DNA from: an uncultured delta proteobacterium
GTDB taxonomy: Bacteria; Desulfobacterota; Zymogenia; Zymogenales; Zymogenaceae
Length of the DNA stretch: 51,422 bases
Direction: 5' to 3'
NCBI GenBank assembly: GCA_963792965.1
Contig: CAWBYW010000038.1
Location: forward strand, 1-51,422
Shown here in pieces: positions 1 to 10,630 of the stretch; position 1 is the stretch's first letter, and each line of letters begins with the position of its first letter. The notes under the pieces were generated by a model. The model ran no database searches. It was not told where the DNA came from and saw only the letters and a program-made list of their open reading frames with translations. Made by a program: the position numbers and the translations under genes.

Positions 1-2
1 TA

Positions 3-714
3 GACGACGCATGGGATTTCTCCGAGGGCCTGGCCCGATTCAAGTCCGGGAAAAAGATCGGCTTCATCGATCCAAAGGGCGCCGTCGTTATTCCGGCGAC
101 CTTCGATGACGCCCGGCCTTTCTCCGGGGGCTTGGCGGCGGTACAAATCGGCGACAAGTACGGATTCGTTGATAAGAAAGGGACGCTGGTCATCCCGGCG
201 ACCTATGACGACGCGGGCGACTTTTCCGAGGGCCTGTGCGCGGTGAAGCCTGACAACAAGTGGGGCTTTATCGACGCCAAGGGGACGATGGTCGTCGCGC
301 CGGCGTACAACGATGCCAAGGCGTTCTCCGAGGGTCTTGCCGCCGTCGAGGTCGGCAGGAAGTGGGGATACATCGACAAAACCGGCAAGATGATTATCGC
401 GCCCGCCTTCAAGGATCCCGGCCCCTTCTCCGGCGGCTTGGCGGCGGTGGAGTCTGAGGGAAATAACGGCTATATCGATAAGACCGGAAAACTTGTGATC
501 CCGGCAACCTTCGACTATGCCGACACGTTCAAAGAAGGGCTCGCCGCAGTAGAGAAAGGCGGCAAGTGGGGCTATATCGACAAGACCGGCAAATTCATCA
601 TCGTGCCGCGCTTTGACCGCGCAAACGAATTTTCCCAGGGGCTTGCCGGGGTCCAGATAGGGGATCGGTGGGGATTCGTCGACAAGATCGGGGAAGATGC
701 TCAGGGCCAAATAG
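3..714 (+). CDS. WG-repeat (KWG) beta-repeat protein, 5'-truncated by window edge
   Basis: Tandem ~35-aa repeats FSEGLAAV...KWG(Y/F)IDKTGK; frame open from position 3. Removing one G from the run at 690-693 gives DKIGKMLRAK-TAG(712-714), followed by a terminator-like palindrome, so the ORF extension to 863 is probably an indel artefact. Confidence 0.85.
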
Positions 715-738
715 ACATTCCAAAATGGATCTTCGTTG

Positions 739-769
739 CCGCGGCCGGATATCCGGCCGCGGTATTTTT
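739..769 (+). terminator. Probable intrinsic terminator
   Basis: Perfect 24-bp palindrome CCGCGGCCGGATATCCGGCCGCGG followed by TATTTTT. Confidence 0.65.
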
Positions 770-869
770 GTGTCATAACGATGGTCCAAAAAGAGAACAG
801 TCCGCCTTATACGTCTCCTATGCCGCCGGGAAGCACCAGCGGGGCGCGAAAAATGACCACTGATGCCCC

Positions 870-898
870 TTGCCGAGAAGATATATCTGACGTATAAT
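870..898 (+). promoter_or_regulatory. Sigma70-type promoter
   Basis: TTGCCG-17 bp-TATAAT upstream of RBS AGGAGG and ATG 928. Confidence 0.7.
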
Positions 899-927
899 AA
901 AGCAAATCAGGAAAACAGGAGGGGCTG

Positions 928-1677
928 ATGGATCCGAAACTCAGGGACGACTTCACCAGAAAGTGGAAGAAATATTTCAACAAGGCCGAGCTTCCCATTG
1001 CCTTCTACTATACCGATACCGCGGATCGAGTCGGCCATGCTACAGCCCACGACCGCGCCACCGCTGCGTGATCGCCAACGTCATCGGCGTCCGCAAGGGA
1101 AAGACGGTGGCGTTTGACAACGACACAATCGGCTGTTTCGGGGGCAGGCGCTACCTCGGGTATTCGCAGACCCTCCGGCCCGAGTTCGAATATTTCCTGT
1201 CCTGCGGCATACCCGGGAAACTGGAAGGAGAGCGCTACAAGAAATCTCCCGAGCTGGTCAAAAAGCTGATGGAGAGCGCCCCACCCTTTTCCGCCCCAAA
1301 GAGGTACGTCGTCTTTAAACCGTGGGATAAGCTCGATAAGAGCCGACGAGCCCGAGGTCGTCGTCTTCTTTGCCCCTCCCGACGTCCTTTCCGGCCTCTT
1401 TACGCTGGCGGGCTTCGATGAGTCCGATGTCAACGGCGTTATCTGTCCCTTCGGTGCAGGGTGCGCATCCATCGTTCAGTATCCGATGTTGGAAGCTAAG
1501 AAGGAGCGCCCGAAGGCGGTGCTTGGGATGTTTGACGTCTCGGCCAGGCCCTTTGTCCCCGAGGGCCTTCTTACCTTTGCCGTCCCGATGAAGAAATTTG
1601 CCGGCATGGTCGCGGACATGGACGAGAGCTTCCTGATCACCCCTTCCTGGAAAAAGATCGAGAAGCGAATCCGCTGA
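928..1677 (+). CDS. DUF169-family protein (two apparent frameshifts, ~1050 and ~1345)
   Basis: Joined frames read MDPKLRDDFTRKWKKYFNKAELPIAFYYTD..HRCVI..CFGGRRYLG..YFLSCGIPG..EGERYKKSPE..PDVLSGLFTLA..PFGAGCASIV..GMFDVSARP..ESFLITPSW. Confidence 0.75.
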
Positions 1678-1768
1678 CCGCCGACCCCCCCGTCCCCTCC
1701 CGTCGTCGGAAGGCTCCCGGTAACGGTGCGTTGTGCTCGCACGCGTCACCCTGCCCAGATGTTTTGTC

Positions 1769-1798
1769 TTGACTTTACATTAAGACGCATGGTAGTTT
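1769..1798 (+). promoter_or_regulatory. Sigma70-type promoter (extended -10)
   Basis: TTGACT-18 bp-TAGTTT with TG upstream of the -10. Confidence 0.45.
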
Positions 1799-1834
1799 TA
1801 GTTCCTTTAATAAGATGTGGATGTATAGTTGAAT

Positions 1835-3240
1835 ATGAGCGAAAAGAAAAAAGCGCCGGGCGAGGAGCACCTGTATCAACCGAAGTCCGTCTGGGACCGT
1901 GTGGACGAGGCCGAAAGACGGGAGATCTTTTCACTCGGCGAGGAATACAAGGCGTTCCTCGATGCCGCCAAGACCGAGCGGCTGGCCGTGGGCGAGATCG
2001 TCAGACAGGCGTCCGAGCGCGGGTTCACAGACATCGCGGCGGCTAAGGGTCTCGGAAAATACTACAGGGTCTACCGGAAAAAGTCGGCCGCGCTCGTCAT
2101 CATGGGGAAAAACGATCCGACCGAGGGGATGAACCTCATCGTCTCCCATATCGACTGCCCGCGGCTTGACCTCAAGCAACGCCCCCTCTACGAGGACGTG
2201 GAGATCGCCCATTTCAAGACCCATTACTACGGCGGCCTCAAGAAGTACCAGTGGGTGAGCAGGCCGCTTTCGCTCTTCGGCGTCGTCATCATGCAGGACG
2301 GAAAAGAGGTCAGGATTGCCGTCGGGGACGGCCCGGACGATCCGGTCTTCACGGTCTCGGACCTGTTGATCCATCTTGCGGGAAAGGCGCAGATGGAAAA
2401 GAAGGTGTCCGACGCCATAGCCGCCGAGAAGCTTAACCTCATCTGCGGCAGCGTTCCCGTCGCGGATACGGAGGCCAAGGAGCGGGTGAAGCTCGCCGTC
2501 ATGAAATACCTTTTCGATACCTACGGGATCGTCGAAGAGGATTTCATCAGCGCCGAGCTCGAGGCGGTCCCGGCGGGGAAGGCACGCGACATCGGGTTCG
2601 ATAGATCGATGGTCGGCGGCTACGGCCAGGACGACCGGGCCAGCACCTTCGGCGCGCTCAAGGCGGCGCTGGCGGTCGCGGACCCTCAGCGGACCTCGGC
2701 GCTCTTCTTTCTCGATAAGGAGGAGATCGGGTCGGAAGGGGTGACGGGAGCGCGGGGGAGGATCTTCGAGGAGGTCGCCGCCGACGTGCTCCGGCTGGCG
2801 AAAGGGGAGGTCAGGGAAAACGACCTTTCCACGATGCTGTGCCGCTCCCGGTGCATCTCGGCCGACGTCAACGGGGCGCTGGATCCGGATTGGCAGGAGG
2901 TGCACGAGAAGACCAACGCCGCCCGCCTCGGATACGGCCTCTGCGTCACCAAATTCACCGGGTCGCGGGGTAAATATATGGCCTCGGACGCCTCGGCGGA
3001 GCTCGTCGCGATGATCAGACGGCTCTTCAACGAGAACGGGGTCGTCTGGCAGTACGGGGAGCTCGGCAAGGTCGACGAGGGCGGGGGAGGCACGATCGCC
3101 AAGGACATCGCCGAGCGCGGCATTGACGTCATCGACGTCGGCCCGGTGCTCCTCAACATGCACTCCCCTTTGAGATCTCCAGCAAGGCCGATATCTACAT
3201 GGGCTACAAGGGATTCAAGGTATTCCTTCAACTGGCTTGA
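1835..3240 (+). CDS. M18-family aminopeptidase (frameshift ~3170)
   Basis: Motifs SHIDCPRLDLK, THYYGGLKKYQW, GQDDR, DKEEIGS, SADV, GKVDEGGGGTIA, MHSP; the shifted frame continues FEISSKADIYMGYKGFKVFLQLA-TGA(3238-3240). Confidence 0.9.
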
Positions 3241-3260
3241 CCAAGCCGAGGGGAGCATCA

Positions 3261-4115
3261 ATGACACCGCAACGACGTCGCTATGGAAAGAGAATCATCT
3301 CGGCGGGTCTGGGCATTATCGTCACCGGTCTTCTGTTGCGGCCGACCGCCCTCCTCTTTGCGGGAGAAACGGCCGACGCCGTTCGCGAAAAAGGCGTCAT
3401 GACCGTGGGCGTGCGCGCACACTATCCCCCCTTTTCCGTCGTCACAGGCGAGGGCGATAGCGAGACATTTTCCGGCTTTGACGTCGACATCGCCCGGGCC
3501 GCGGCCGAAAAGATCGGGGTCAAGATAAAGTTCATGACCGCCGATCCCGAGGAAATCATCCCCCTCGTCGCCGAGGGGATCGTCCAGGCGGGCCCGGGCC
3601 TGAACCACCGGCTCAGCTGGGAGCCGGTCGTCGATTTTTCCGTCGCCTATTTTGATGGAGGGATACGCGCGCTGGTCCTCCGGTCGTCGGGCATCCGCCG
3701 GCTCTTCTCGGTAAGAGGGAGATCGGTTGCAGTGATAAGCGGCGTCGATGAAAGAGAGATAACGGGCAAGATCCCCGGCGCTAAAATTGTCCCCGTCGAT
3801 TCCAGCCAGGCAGGGCTGGTTCTTCTCGAGAAGAGGGAAGTGAGCGCCGTGATCGGCGACACGAGGGACCTCCTTTGTCTCATAACAGGGGACCAAAAGC
3901 CGCAAGCGCTTTACCTCATCGACGAGCCGATCGTGCGGGTTCCCGTCGCGTTCGGCCTTCCGCCCGGCGACGGAGTGTGGAGAGAATCATTCGACGGCGC
4001 CCTCATGACGCTGTGGACCTCCGGGGAGTTTGCGACCATCTATGAACGGTGGTTCGGAAAAAAATCTCCCGCGCAATTCCCTCTCGCCTTTACCATGGAA
4101 GTATGGCCGAATTAA
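3261..4115 (+). CDS. Polar amino-acid ABC transporter substrate-binding protein (family 3)
   Basis: Signal-like N-terminus; YPPFS, GFDVDIA, VDFSVAYF, IYERWFG. Confidence 0.85.
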   Translation: MTPQRRRYGKRIISAGLGIIVTGLLLRPTALLFAGETADAVREKGVMTVGVRAHYPPFSVVTGEGDSETFSGFDVDIARAAAEKIGVKIKFMTADPEEIIPLVAEGIVQAGPGLNHRLSWEPVVDFSVAYFDGGIRALVLRSSGIRRLFSVRGRSVAVISGVDEREITGKIPGAKIVPVDSSQAGLVLLEKREVSAVIGDTRDLLCLITGDQKPQALYLIDEPIVRVPVAFGLPPGDGVWRESFDGALMTLWTSGEFATIYERWFGKKSPAQFPLAFTMEVWPN

Positions 4116-4116
4116 G

Positions 4117-4641
4117 ATGCTAAACGTCAGGAAGATTGTTGCAGCAGTAGACGGATCCGAGGTCTCGATGGCCGCCTTTGGGTGGGCGCTGGATCTGGCG
4201 GCTCTTACTCGTGCGGAGCTGATCGTCGTGACGGTTTCCGACCGACGGACGATAGAAGACGAAGGCCTCTATCCCGCGTTTCTATCCGATCGAAAGGTGA
4301 GGGAACTGATCGAGGAATACGACGAGAAGGGACGGGGAATCTTCAAGGATATCAGGACCAGGTGTGAAGAAAAGGGGGTCGAGATCAGCACGGTGGTGCT
4401 GCACGGCCTTCCATCGGAGGAGATCGTGAATCTCGCGTCCGACGAGAAAGCGAACCTGATCGTCATGGGGGCGCACGGCAAGAAGGAGGAGTTCTATCAT
4501 GAGTTCAGCTCCACGTCCGAGCGTGTGTTGAAGAAATCACCCTGTCCTTTATTGATGATCGTTCCCGAGCGTGAGCTGAGGAAAGCCGAACATAAGGGGG
4601 GAGAGCCCCGGCCCTATAAACCGATACTCCACAGCACCTGA
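4117..4641 (+). CDS. Universal stress protein (UspA family)
   Basis: [43 protein letters not shown]. Confidence 0.9.
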   Translation: MLNVRKIVAAVDGSEVSMAAFGWALDLAALTRAELIVVTVSDRRTIEDEGLYPAFLSDRKVRELIEEYDEKGRGIFKDIRTRCEEKGVEISTVVLHGLPSEEIVNLASDEKANLIVMGAHGKKEEFYHEFSSTSERVLKKSPCPLLMIVPERELRKAEHKGGEPRPYKPILHST

Positions 4642-4696
4642 GTCTTCTATCGGCGGCGCTCGGGTGCCGCCGACTGCGTACAGACGGCTTGTCTCG

Positions 4697-5419
4697 ATGA
4701 TAATCTTTAAAGACGTCCATAAATATTACGGAACGTTCCATGCCCTCAAGGGCATTACTCTCCAGGTCAACAGGGGAGAGGTGGTAGTCGTATGCGGCCC
4801 CTCGGGGTCGGGGAAATCCACGCTGATCCGCTGTATCAATGAGCTTGAGCTGATAAACAGCGGGACCCTGATCGTCAACGGCCATGACCTCGCCGATCCA
4901 AGGACGAACATCAACAAGCTCAGAGCCGAGATCGGGATGGTCTTCCAGCACTTCAACCTCTACCCCCATATGACGGTACTGGATAACATTATCCTGGCCC
5001 CGGTCAAGGTAAAGAAGATGAAAAGGGAGGAGGCGCGAAAGCTCGCCCTTTCCATCCTCAAACAGGTCCACATAACCGAGCAGGCGACCAAATACCCGTC
5101 GGAGCTCTCGGGCGGACAGCAGCAGCGCGTGGCGATCGCGAGAGGCCTTGCGATGAAACCCAAGATCATGCTCTTCGACGAGCCCACCTCGGCGCTGGAC
5201 CCGGAGATGATCAGTGAGGTCCTGGGCGTCATGAAAGACCTGGCCCGGCAGGGGATGACCATGGTCGTCGTCTCCCATGAGATGGGATTTGCCCGCGAGG
5301 TGGCCGACCGCGTCATCTTCATGGACCATGGCCAGATCATCGAGGAGGGGACCCCCGAGCATTTCTTCACCAATCCCCAGGACGACAGGACAAAGGCATT
5401 CCTCAGGGAGATCTTATAG
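4697..5419 (+). CDS. Polar amino-acid ABC transporter ATP-binding protein (GlnQ-like)
   Basis: [46 protein letters not shown]. Confidence 0.95.
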   Translation: MIIFKDVHKYYGTFHALKGITLQVNRGEVVVVCGPSGSGKSTLIRCINELELINSGTLIVNGHDLADPRTNINKLRAEIGMVFQHFNLYPHMTVLDNIILAPVKVKKMKREEARKLALSILKQVHITEQATKYPSELSGGQQQRVAIARGLAMKPKIMLFDEPTSALDPEMISEVLGVMKDLARQGMTMVVVSHEMGFAREVADRVIFMDHGQIIEEGTPEHFFTNPQDDRTKAFLREIL

Positions 5420-5442
5420 GATTCATTATTAGGGAGGATCCA

Positions 5443-6295
5443 ATGAAAAAGACTTTGTTCGTTTTGCTGGCGGTTGTTGCTTGCGTGTGCGCTCTTTGCC
5501 TGCAAGAAGGCGCCGGAGGGAACGACGGGGACGGCTCCGGAGAAATCGACCCTCGATGTCGTCAAGGAAAGAGGCGTATTGGTTGCCGGCGTCAAGGACT
5601 CGGTAGTCCCGTTCGGGTATGTGGACGAGAAGACCGGCGAACTGGTGGGCTTTGACGTCGATATCTGCCGCTATATCGCCGATGAGTTGGGCGTGAAGCT
5701 TGAGCTCAAGCCCGTCACTTCCTCCAACCGCATCCCGATGCTCACCGAGGGGAAGGTCGATCTCTTGGCCGCGACCATGACCCACCAGATCGAGCGGGAT
5801 AAGGTGATCGACTTTTCCATCACCTACTTCATGGACGGCCAGCGGCTCCTGGTCCCGGCCGGTAGCCCCATCAAGAGCTACAAGGACCTTGCCGGCAAGA
5901 AGGTCGGCTCCGTGAAGGGCTCGACGAGTGAAAAGAATATCCTGATGGTGCAGCCTACGGCCGACGTAATCTCTTTTGAGGGTTACCCGGAGGCCTTCCT
6001 GGCCCTCAAGCAGGGCAAGGTCATGGCGGTTACCACCGACTCGGTGATCCTGGTCGGCCTCAAGGGGAGCGACCCCGATCCGGCCAAGTGGGCGGTCGTG
6101 GGCGACTTCTTCTCGAGCGAGCCGTACGCCATCGGCGTCAGGGAGAATGACTCCAAGTGGCGCGATTTTATCAACTTCACCCTCATGAAGATGTACAAAG
6201 AAGGAAAGTGGGACGAGATCTATACTAAATGGCTCGGCCCCGATACCAAGTATTACCTGCCCCCCACCGGCTGGAAGATGGAAATCTGGCCGTAA
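5443..6295 (+). CDS. Polar amino-acid ABC transporter substrate-binding lipoprotein (frameshift ~5475)
   Basis: RBS GGAGG and MKKTLFVLLAV joined to LLACALFAC-KK (lipobox); VPFG, GFDVDI, NRIPML, IDFSITYF, SEPYAIG. Confidence 0.9.
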
Positions 6296-6310
6296 AATCG
6301 TGGTAAAGGA

Positions 6311-6334
6311 ACGGGGGGGAGTCACCCCCCCCGT
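6311..6334 (+). promoter_or_regulatory. Intercistronic hairpin after the SBP gene (likely mRNA-stabilising)
   Basis: ACGGGGGGG..CCCCCCCGT stem with no U-tract, between the SBP and permease genes. Confidence 0.5.
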
Positions 6335-6341
6335 GCTCATC

Positions 6342-7214
6342 ATGAAGCGAGACATAAGAGAGCTCCTCGTCGAGACACGGCTGTTTGCCGATCGGCATAA
6401 ATACGTCGTCTATCCTATCTTCTTCCTGGCTCTTGCGGCTATTATCTCTCTGGTTTTCTATGAGCTCATCATCGTCCGACTCCTCGATGCCCGGCTCGCC
6501 TATACGTTTGATTTTTCCGTCTTCCTGAAACAGCGCACGGTCGAAAAGGGCACGTATCTCACCCTCCTTCTGGCGGGGCTGTTCACCACCATCAGGATAT
6601 CGGCCATATCCATCGTGCTTGCCATGATCCTTGGTACCGTCATTGCGGTCATGAAGCTCTCGAGGGTCAAGGTCTTTGATATCTTTTCGTCCGTATACAT
6701 AGAGTTCTTTCGCAACACGCCGCTCTTGATCCAGATATTCCTTTGGTACTTCGGATCGGACCCGTTTCTTCCTCAGGTCGTCAAGGATTGGATCTATAAG
6801 CAGAATATCGAGTTCGCCTACGGCGTGATCGCGCTGACCGCCTATACGGCGGCCTTTATCGCCGAGGAGATCCGGGCGGGCATCCAGTCCATCCCGCGGG
6901 AACAGATGGAGGCGGCCCGGTCCCAGGGCTTCACCTTTCTTGAGTCGATGCGGTACGTGATCCTGCCGCAGGCCTTCAGGATCGTCGTGCCGCCGCTCAT
7001 CAATCAGTCGCTCAACCTGCTGAAGAATTCGTCCCTTGTGATGGCGATCGGCGTTGTCGAGCTGACACACGCCGCGCGCATCATCGAAGCCGAGACGTCG
7101 CGGGTCTTTGAGGCCTTCTCGATGGTGACGCTCATCTACCTTTTTCTCTCGCTGACTATCTCGTTTCTGATCAACCAGTATAACCGGCGGTTCCTGAGGT
7201 ATATCAAGTACTGA
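6342..7214 (+). CDS. Amino-acid ABC transporter permease
   Basis: YIEFFRNTPLLIQ, AEEIRAGIQSI, EAARSQG, ILPQAFR, KNSSL. Confidence 0.93.
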   Translation: MKRDIRELLVETRLFADRHKYVVYPIFFLALAAIISLVFYELIIVRLLDARLAYTFDFSVFLKQRTVEKGTYLTLLLAGLFTTIRISAISIVLAMILGTVIAVMKLSRVKVFDIFSSVYIEFFRNTPLLIQIFLWYFGSDPFLPQVVKDWIYKQNIEFAYGVIALTAYTAAFIAEEIRAGIQSIPREQMEAARSQGFTFLESMRYVILPQAFRIVVPPLINQSLNLLKNSSLVMAIGVVELTHAARIIEAETSRVFEAFSMVTLIYLFLSLTISFLINQYNRRFLRYIKY

Positions 7215-7215
7215 T

Positions 7216-8040
7216 ATGTCCCACGCGCGCACCAAGAGGCTTACCCGGATCGCCGTTTCGGCGACCACCTTTTCCGTTCTCGGGCTCATGGTCGTCCTGG
7301 AGCTCGCCTTCCACTCGGTCTCGTATTTTCTCTCGACCGTCGTAGACGGCCTGAAAACGGTCCACTACGAGGTGATTGTCAACAATTTCAGGTACCTCCT
7401 CCTCGGCCCCCCGCATCAGATGGGCGGGGTTCTGTTAACCCTCTACCTTGCCGCCATCAGCCTGGTGCTGGCGTTTATCGTGGGGCTCATCTTCGGCCTC
7501 ATGCGCAACAGCAGCGTGTGGTGGATCAAGTACCCCGCCGTCGCCTATATCGAGCTGATCCGGGGCATGCCCCTGATCATGGTCATCTTCTGGTTTGTCT
7601 TCCTGCTGCCGAGGGTCCTCGGCTACGTGATCGACGATATCTATAACGTGATCATCGCCTTCGTCTGTTTTTCGGGCGCCTATATGGCCGAGATCGTCCG
7701 CGCGGGTATACTCTCCATCGGCAAGGGCCAGATGGAGGCGGCCCGCTCTACCGGCCTCACGCAGGCGCAGGCGATGATCTATATCATCCTCCCCCAGGCC
7801 CTCAAGAACATGATCCCTTCGTTCGTGAATCAGTTCATGAGCCTCACCAAGGACACCTCGCTGGCCTGGTTCGTGGGGCTCTTCGAGCTCACCACCGTCG
7901 CCTCCCAGGTCAGTAACCGCGTGCTGGTCGCCCCGACGGAGATATTCCTCTTTTCCGCGATGATCTACTTCGTGATCTGCTATTCGCTCTCGGCCGCCAG
8001 CCGCTGGCTTGAGCGAAAGCTCCAGGTGGGCAGGCGATGA
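7216..8040 (+). CDS. Amino-acid ABC transporter permease
   Basis: YIELIRGMPLI, AEIVRAGI, GQMEAARSTG, ILPQALKN, KDTSL. Confidence 0.93.
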   Translation: MSHARTKRLTRIAVSATTFSVLGLMVVLELAFHSVSYFLSTVVDGLKTVHYEVIVNNFRYLLLGPPHQMGGVLLTLYLAAISLVLAFIVGLIFGLMRNSSVWWIKYPAVAYIELIRGMPLIMVIFWFVFLLPRVLGYVIDDIYNVIIAFVCFSGAYMAEIVRAGILSIGKGQMEAARSTGLTQAQAMIYIILPQALKNMIPSFVNQFMSLTKDTSLAWFVGLFELTTVASQVSNRVLVAPTEIFLFSAMIYFVICYSLSAASRWLERKLQVGRR

Positions 8041-8096
8041 GGGTGGCACGTCGATAGCCGGGCAGAGCATCATACGCGAAAATAGGCGTGATAAAA

Positions 8097-8129
8097 AAGC
8101 AAAAGGGATGCGGAGCATCCCTTTTGCTT
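8097..8129. terminator. Bidirectional intrinsic terminator
   Basis: AAGCAAAAGGGATGC-GGA-GCATCCCTTTTGCTT between convergent genes. Confidence 0.8.
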
Positions 8130-8207
8130 ACCGGTCTCTTTTTTCGGCGCGCGTTCCCCGGGTCGGGCCGGCCTCTTGAGCCAGCACGCACGGGGTCTCA
8201 TTGAGAT

Positions 8208-8648
8208 CTACTTGACGACCTTCACCGTGAAGACCTTCTTATCCCCGGCCGTGTCCGGCTTTTCCCAGGGTCTGTAGTTGAGGAAGGTGAGGGTCGCCTC
8301 GCCCTCGCGGAGTGTCCCGAATTTCCATACGGTGATAACCGGCGCGCCCACCTTCGGTTTCGGATCGGTTTGGAAACTCTCTTTTGCCGACTCCGAGACG
8401 ACATCGGTGGGGAGGACCGTGTACTGCCAGGTATAGCCGGTGGACGGGTTCTCCTCGAGCGCGACCGCGAATTCGCCGCCGACCTTGATCTCCGTGATCG
8501 CGTCTTCCGAAAGTACGGGCGCGTCCCCGATAAATTTTGCGGCGAGGACGGGCAGCTTGGGTCCCGCGGCCGGAAGACCGCCGGCGACAATCAGAATCAG
8601 GAGAGGGATAATCGCCGCGACAAAGAGCGTACGAGCTTTCATAGTCAT
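8208..8648 (-). CDS. Chagasin/ICP-family (I42) cysteine-protease inhibitor, secreted
   Basis: Signal peptide plus the three chagasin loops ENPSTGYTW, VGAP and YRPWE. Confidence 0.88.
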   Translation of the reverse strand: MTMKARTLFVAAIIPLLILIVAGGLPAAGPKLPVLAAKFIGDAPVLSEDAITEIKVGGEFAVALEENPSTGYTWQYTVLPTDVVSESAKESFQTDPKPKVGAPVITVWKFGTLREGEATLTFLNYRPWEKPDTAGDKKVFTVKVVK

Positions 8649-10429
8649 GCCTCCTCATTTTTGGGCCAGGTCTCATCTATGATGACCCCTTCCCGTTTGG
8701 CAATGGTTTCAAGGAGCGACCGGACAGCGACTGCGACGTCGGCCTGCGGCACGACGATGACTTCACCGGTCGCGCGCGCCTTCAGCTCCACGTCGCCTTT
8801 GGCGACGAGCTTTTTGCTGATGACCGCCCGGATCGGGATACCGAGGAGGTCGGCGTCGGCAAACTTCACCCCGGCGGAGTCGGGCCGGTCATCCAAAAGG
8901 ACCGAAGAGCCCTCCGACAGGGAGGACGCCACCGTCTCGGCCGTTTTCACGACCTGATCGTCGGTGCCGAGCGGGAGGACGGCGATCTGGAAAGGCGCCA
9001 CCGTCACGGGCCAGATGATCCCCACCTCGTCGTGGTGGGCCTCGATGATGGACGCCATTGCCCGCTCAACCCCGATCCCGTAGCAGCCCATGACGACCAG
9101 CTCGCTCTTGCCTTCCTCGTTGAGATAGACGAGCCCCATGGATTCGGAATATTTTGTGCCGAGCTGAAAGGTGTGGCCGAGCTCTATCCCGCGCTCGAGG
9201 CCGATCTTCCCCTTCCCGCAGCGGGGGCAGGTATCCCCCTGTCGGATGCTGGCGATGTCTACGGTTTCCTTGACCACGATATCGCGGCCGATGACGGCGT
9301 TCTTGACGTGATGGTCGACCTTGTCACCCCCCATGACGTAGACGGGCTCTGACATCACGGTGCGATCGAAGAGGACCGTGACGCGCGGGAGCTTTGCGAC
9401 CAGCGGCGAGATGTAGCCCGGCACAACCCCGGCCTCGGCCAGGACGCGGGCGTCGGCGATCGAGAGCTCTACGGCGCCAAGTTTGTTTTTCAGCTTCGTC
9501 TCGTTAATCTCGTAGGCTCCGTTGATGAACGCAATGACGATTGCGCCGTCCGCCAGGTAGGCCACCGCCTTCAAAAAATGATCCCTCTCTACTCCGAAAA
9601 AGGAGACGAGGTTATCGATGGTCGCCATGCCGGGGGTATGTACCGATTCGGCCGCAGGGTAGTTCCCCTCGGCCACCGCGGGCCTGCTTACGACCTCGGC
9701 CCGCTCGACGTTGGAGCTCATCCCGCAGCCGTCGCAGCGGGCAAACGTATCCTCGCCGGAGGGGGCGGGCAGCAGGAACTCGTGGGAGGTGCTCCCGCCC
9801 ATCGCGCCGGTATCGGCCTCGACGGGGACGGTGGCAAGCCCCAACCGCCTGAAGATCCTCCGATAAGCGGCGTAGATATCTTTATAATAGTCGGCGAGAT
9901 CCTTGAAATCCCGATGGAAGCTGTATCCATCCTTCATGAGGAACTCTCTCACCCGGATGATGCCCCCGCGGGGCCGCGCCTCGTCCCTGATCTTGGTCTG
10001 GATATGATAGACCATGAAGGGGAGGTCGCGCCAGGAGGAGACATAGCCCCGCGCGAGGTCGGTGACCGTCTCCTCGTTGGTCATGGCCAGGCACATCTCG
10101 GTTCCCTTCCGGTCCGCAAAGCGGATCAGCTCCTGACCCACGGTGTGGTCGCGCCCCGACTCGATCCAGAGGGAGACCGGGTTGAGGACCGGCATGAGGA
10201 GCTCCTGCCCGCCGATCCTATTCATCTCCTGGCGGATGATTTCCATGATGTTGGTCATCACTCGAAAGGCGATGGGGGTGAAGTCAAAAACGCCGGCCGC
10301 GACCTGGCGGATGAAGCCCGCCTTGACGAGCAGCTTATGGGAGGGGATCTCGGCATCCGCCGGGTCTTCCCGGCGGGTACGGAGGAGATACTTCGAATAT
10401 CTGATCACGGGCTCTTTTGTGGACAACAA
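8645..10429 (-). CDS. proS: Proline--tRNA ligase (bacterial type with editing domain)
   Basis: AEIPSHKLLVKAGFIRQ, RDEARPRGG..RVREFLMKDGYSF, GIELGHTFQLGTKYS, MGCYGIG, GVKFADADLLGIP; RBS GGAGGT. Confidence 0.97.
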   Translation of the reverse strand: MLSTKEPVIRYSKYLLRTRREDPADAEIPSHKLLVKAGFIRQVAAGVFDFTPIAFRVMTNIMEIIRQEMNRIGGQELLMPVLNPVSLWIESGRDHTVGQELIRFADRKGTEMCLAMTNEETVTDLARGYVSSWRDLPFMVYHIQTKIRDEARPRGGIIRVREFLMKDGYSFHRDFKDLADYYKDIYAAYRRIFRRLGLATVPVEADTGAMGGSTSHEFLLPAPSGEDTFARCDGCGMSSNVERAEVVSRPAVAEGNYPAAESVHTPGMATIDNLVSFFGVERDHFLKAVAYLADGAIVIAFINGAYEINETKLKNKLGAVELSIADARVLAEAGVVPGYISPLVAKLPRVTVLFDRTVMSEPVYVMGGDKVDHHVKNAVIGRDIVVKETVDIASIRQGDTCPRCGKGKIGLERGIELGHTFQLGTKYSESMGLVYLNEEGKSELVVMGCYGIGVERAMASIIEAHHDEVGIIWPVTVAPFQIAVLPLGTDDQVVKTAETVASSLSEGSSVLLDDRPDSAGVKFADADLLGIPIRAVISKKLVAKGDVELKARATGEVIVVPQADVAVAVRSLLETIAKREGVIIDETWPKNEEA

Positions 10430-10630
10430 AACCTCCGAGACGACGACGTAAAGATGAAAGAATAATAGATTTTTCGGGGAAAATCAAGGACTGACTCGAG
10501 AAAAGCGAGTTTTACCAAAGCGGCGGAAAAAACGATGCGTATATGCCCGAGCATAAAACCCCCTGCGGCTTTTGGCCGGCAGGTCTATCGTCCCAACGAC
10601 GGAGAGCCGCCGTCCCCGTGGCTTCATGGT

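Noticed and set aside
3-700. Periodic ~105-bp repeats resembling an array
   Set aside because: They are coding WG repeats with synonymous variation and no unique spacers, so not CRISPR
1931-3163. Long antisense ORFs (also 4505-5362, 6225-7289, 22959-23924, 40979-42130, 42277-43455)
   Set aside because: Shadow ORFs opposite well-supported genes, expected from GC-rich codon usage
10430-10630. T-box leader for proS
   Set aside because: No T-box consensus or specifier loop visible; only terminator-like hairpins of the upstream gene
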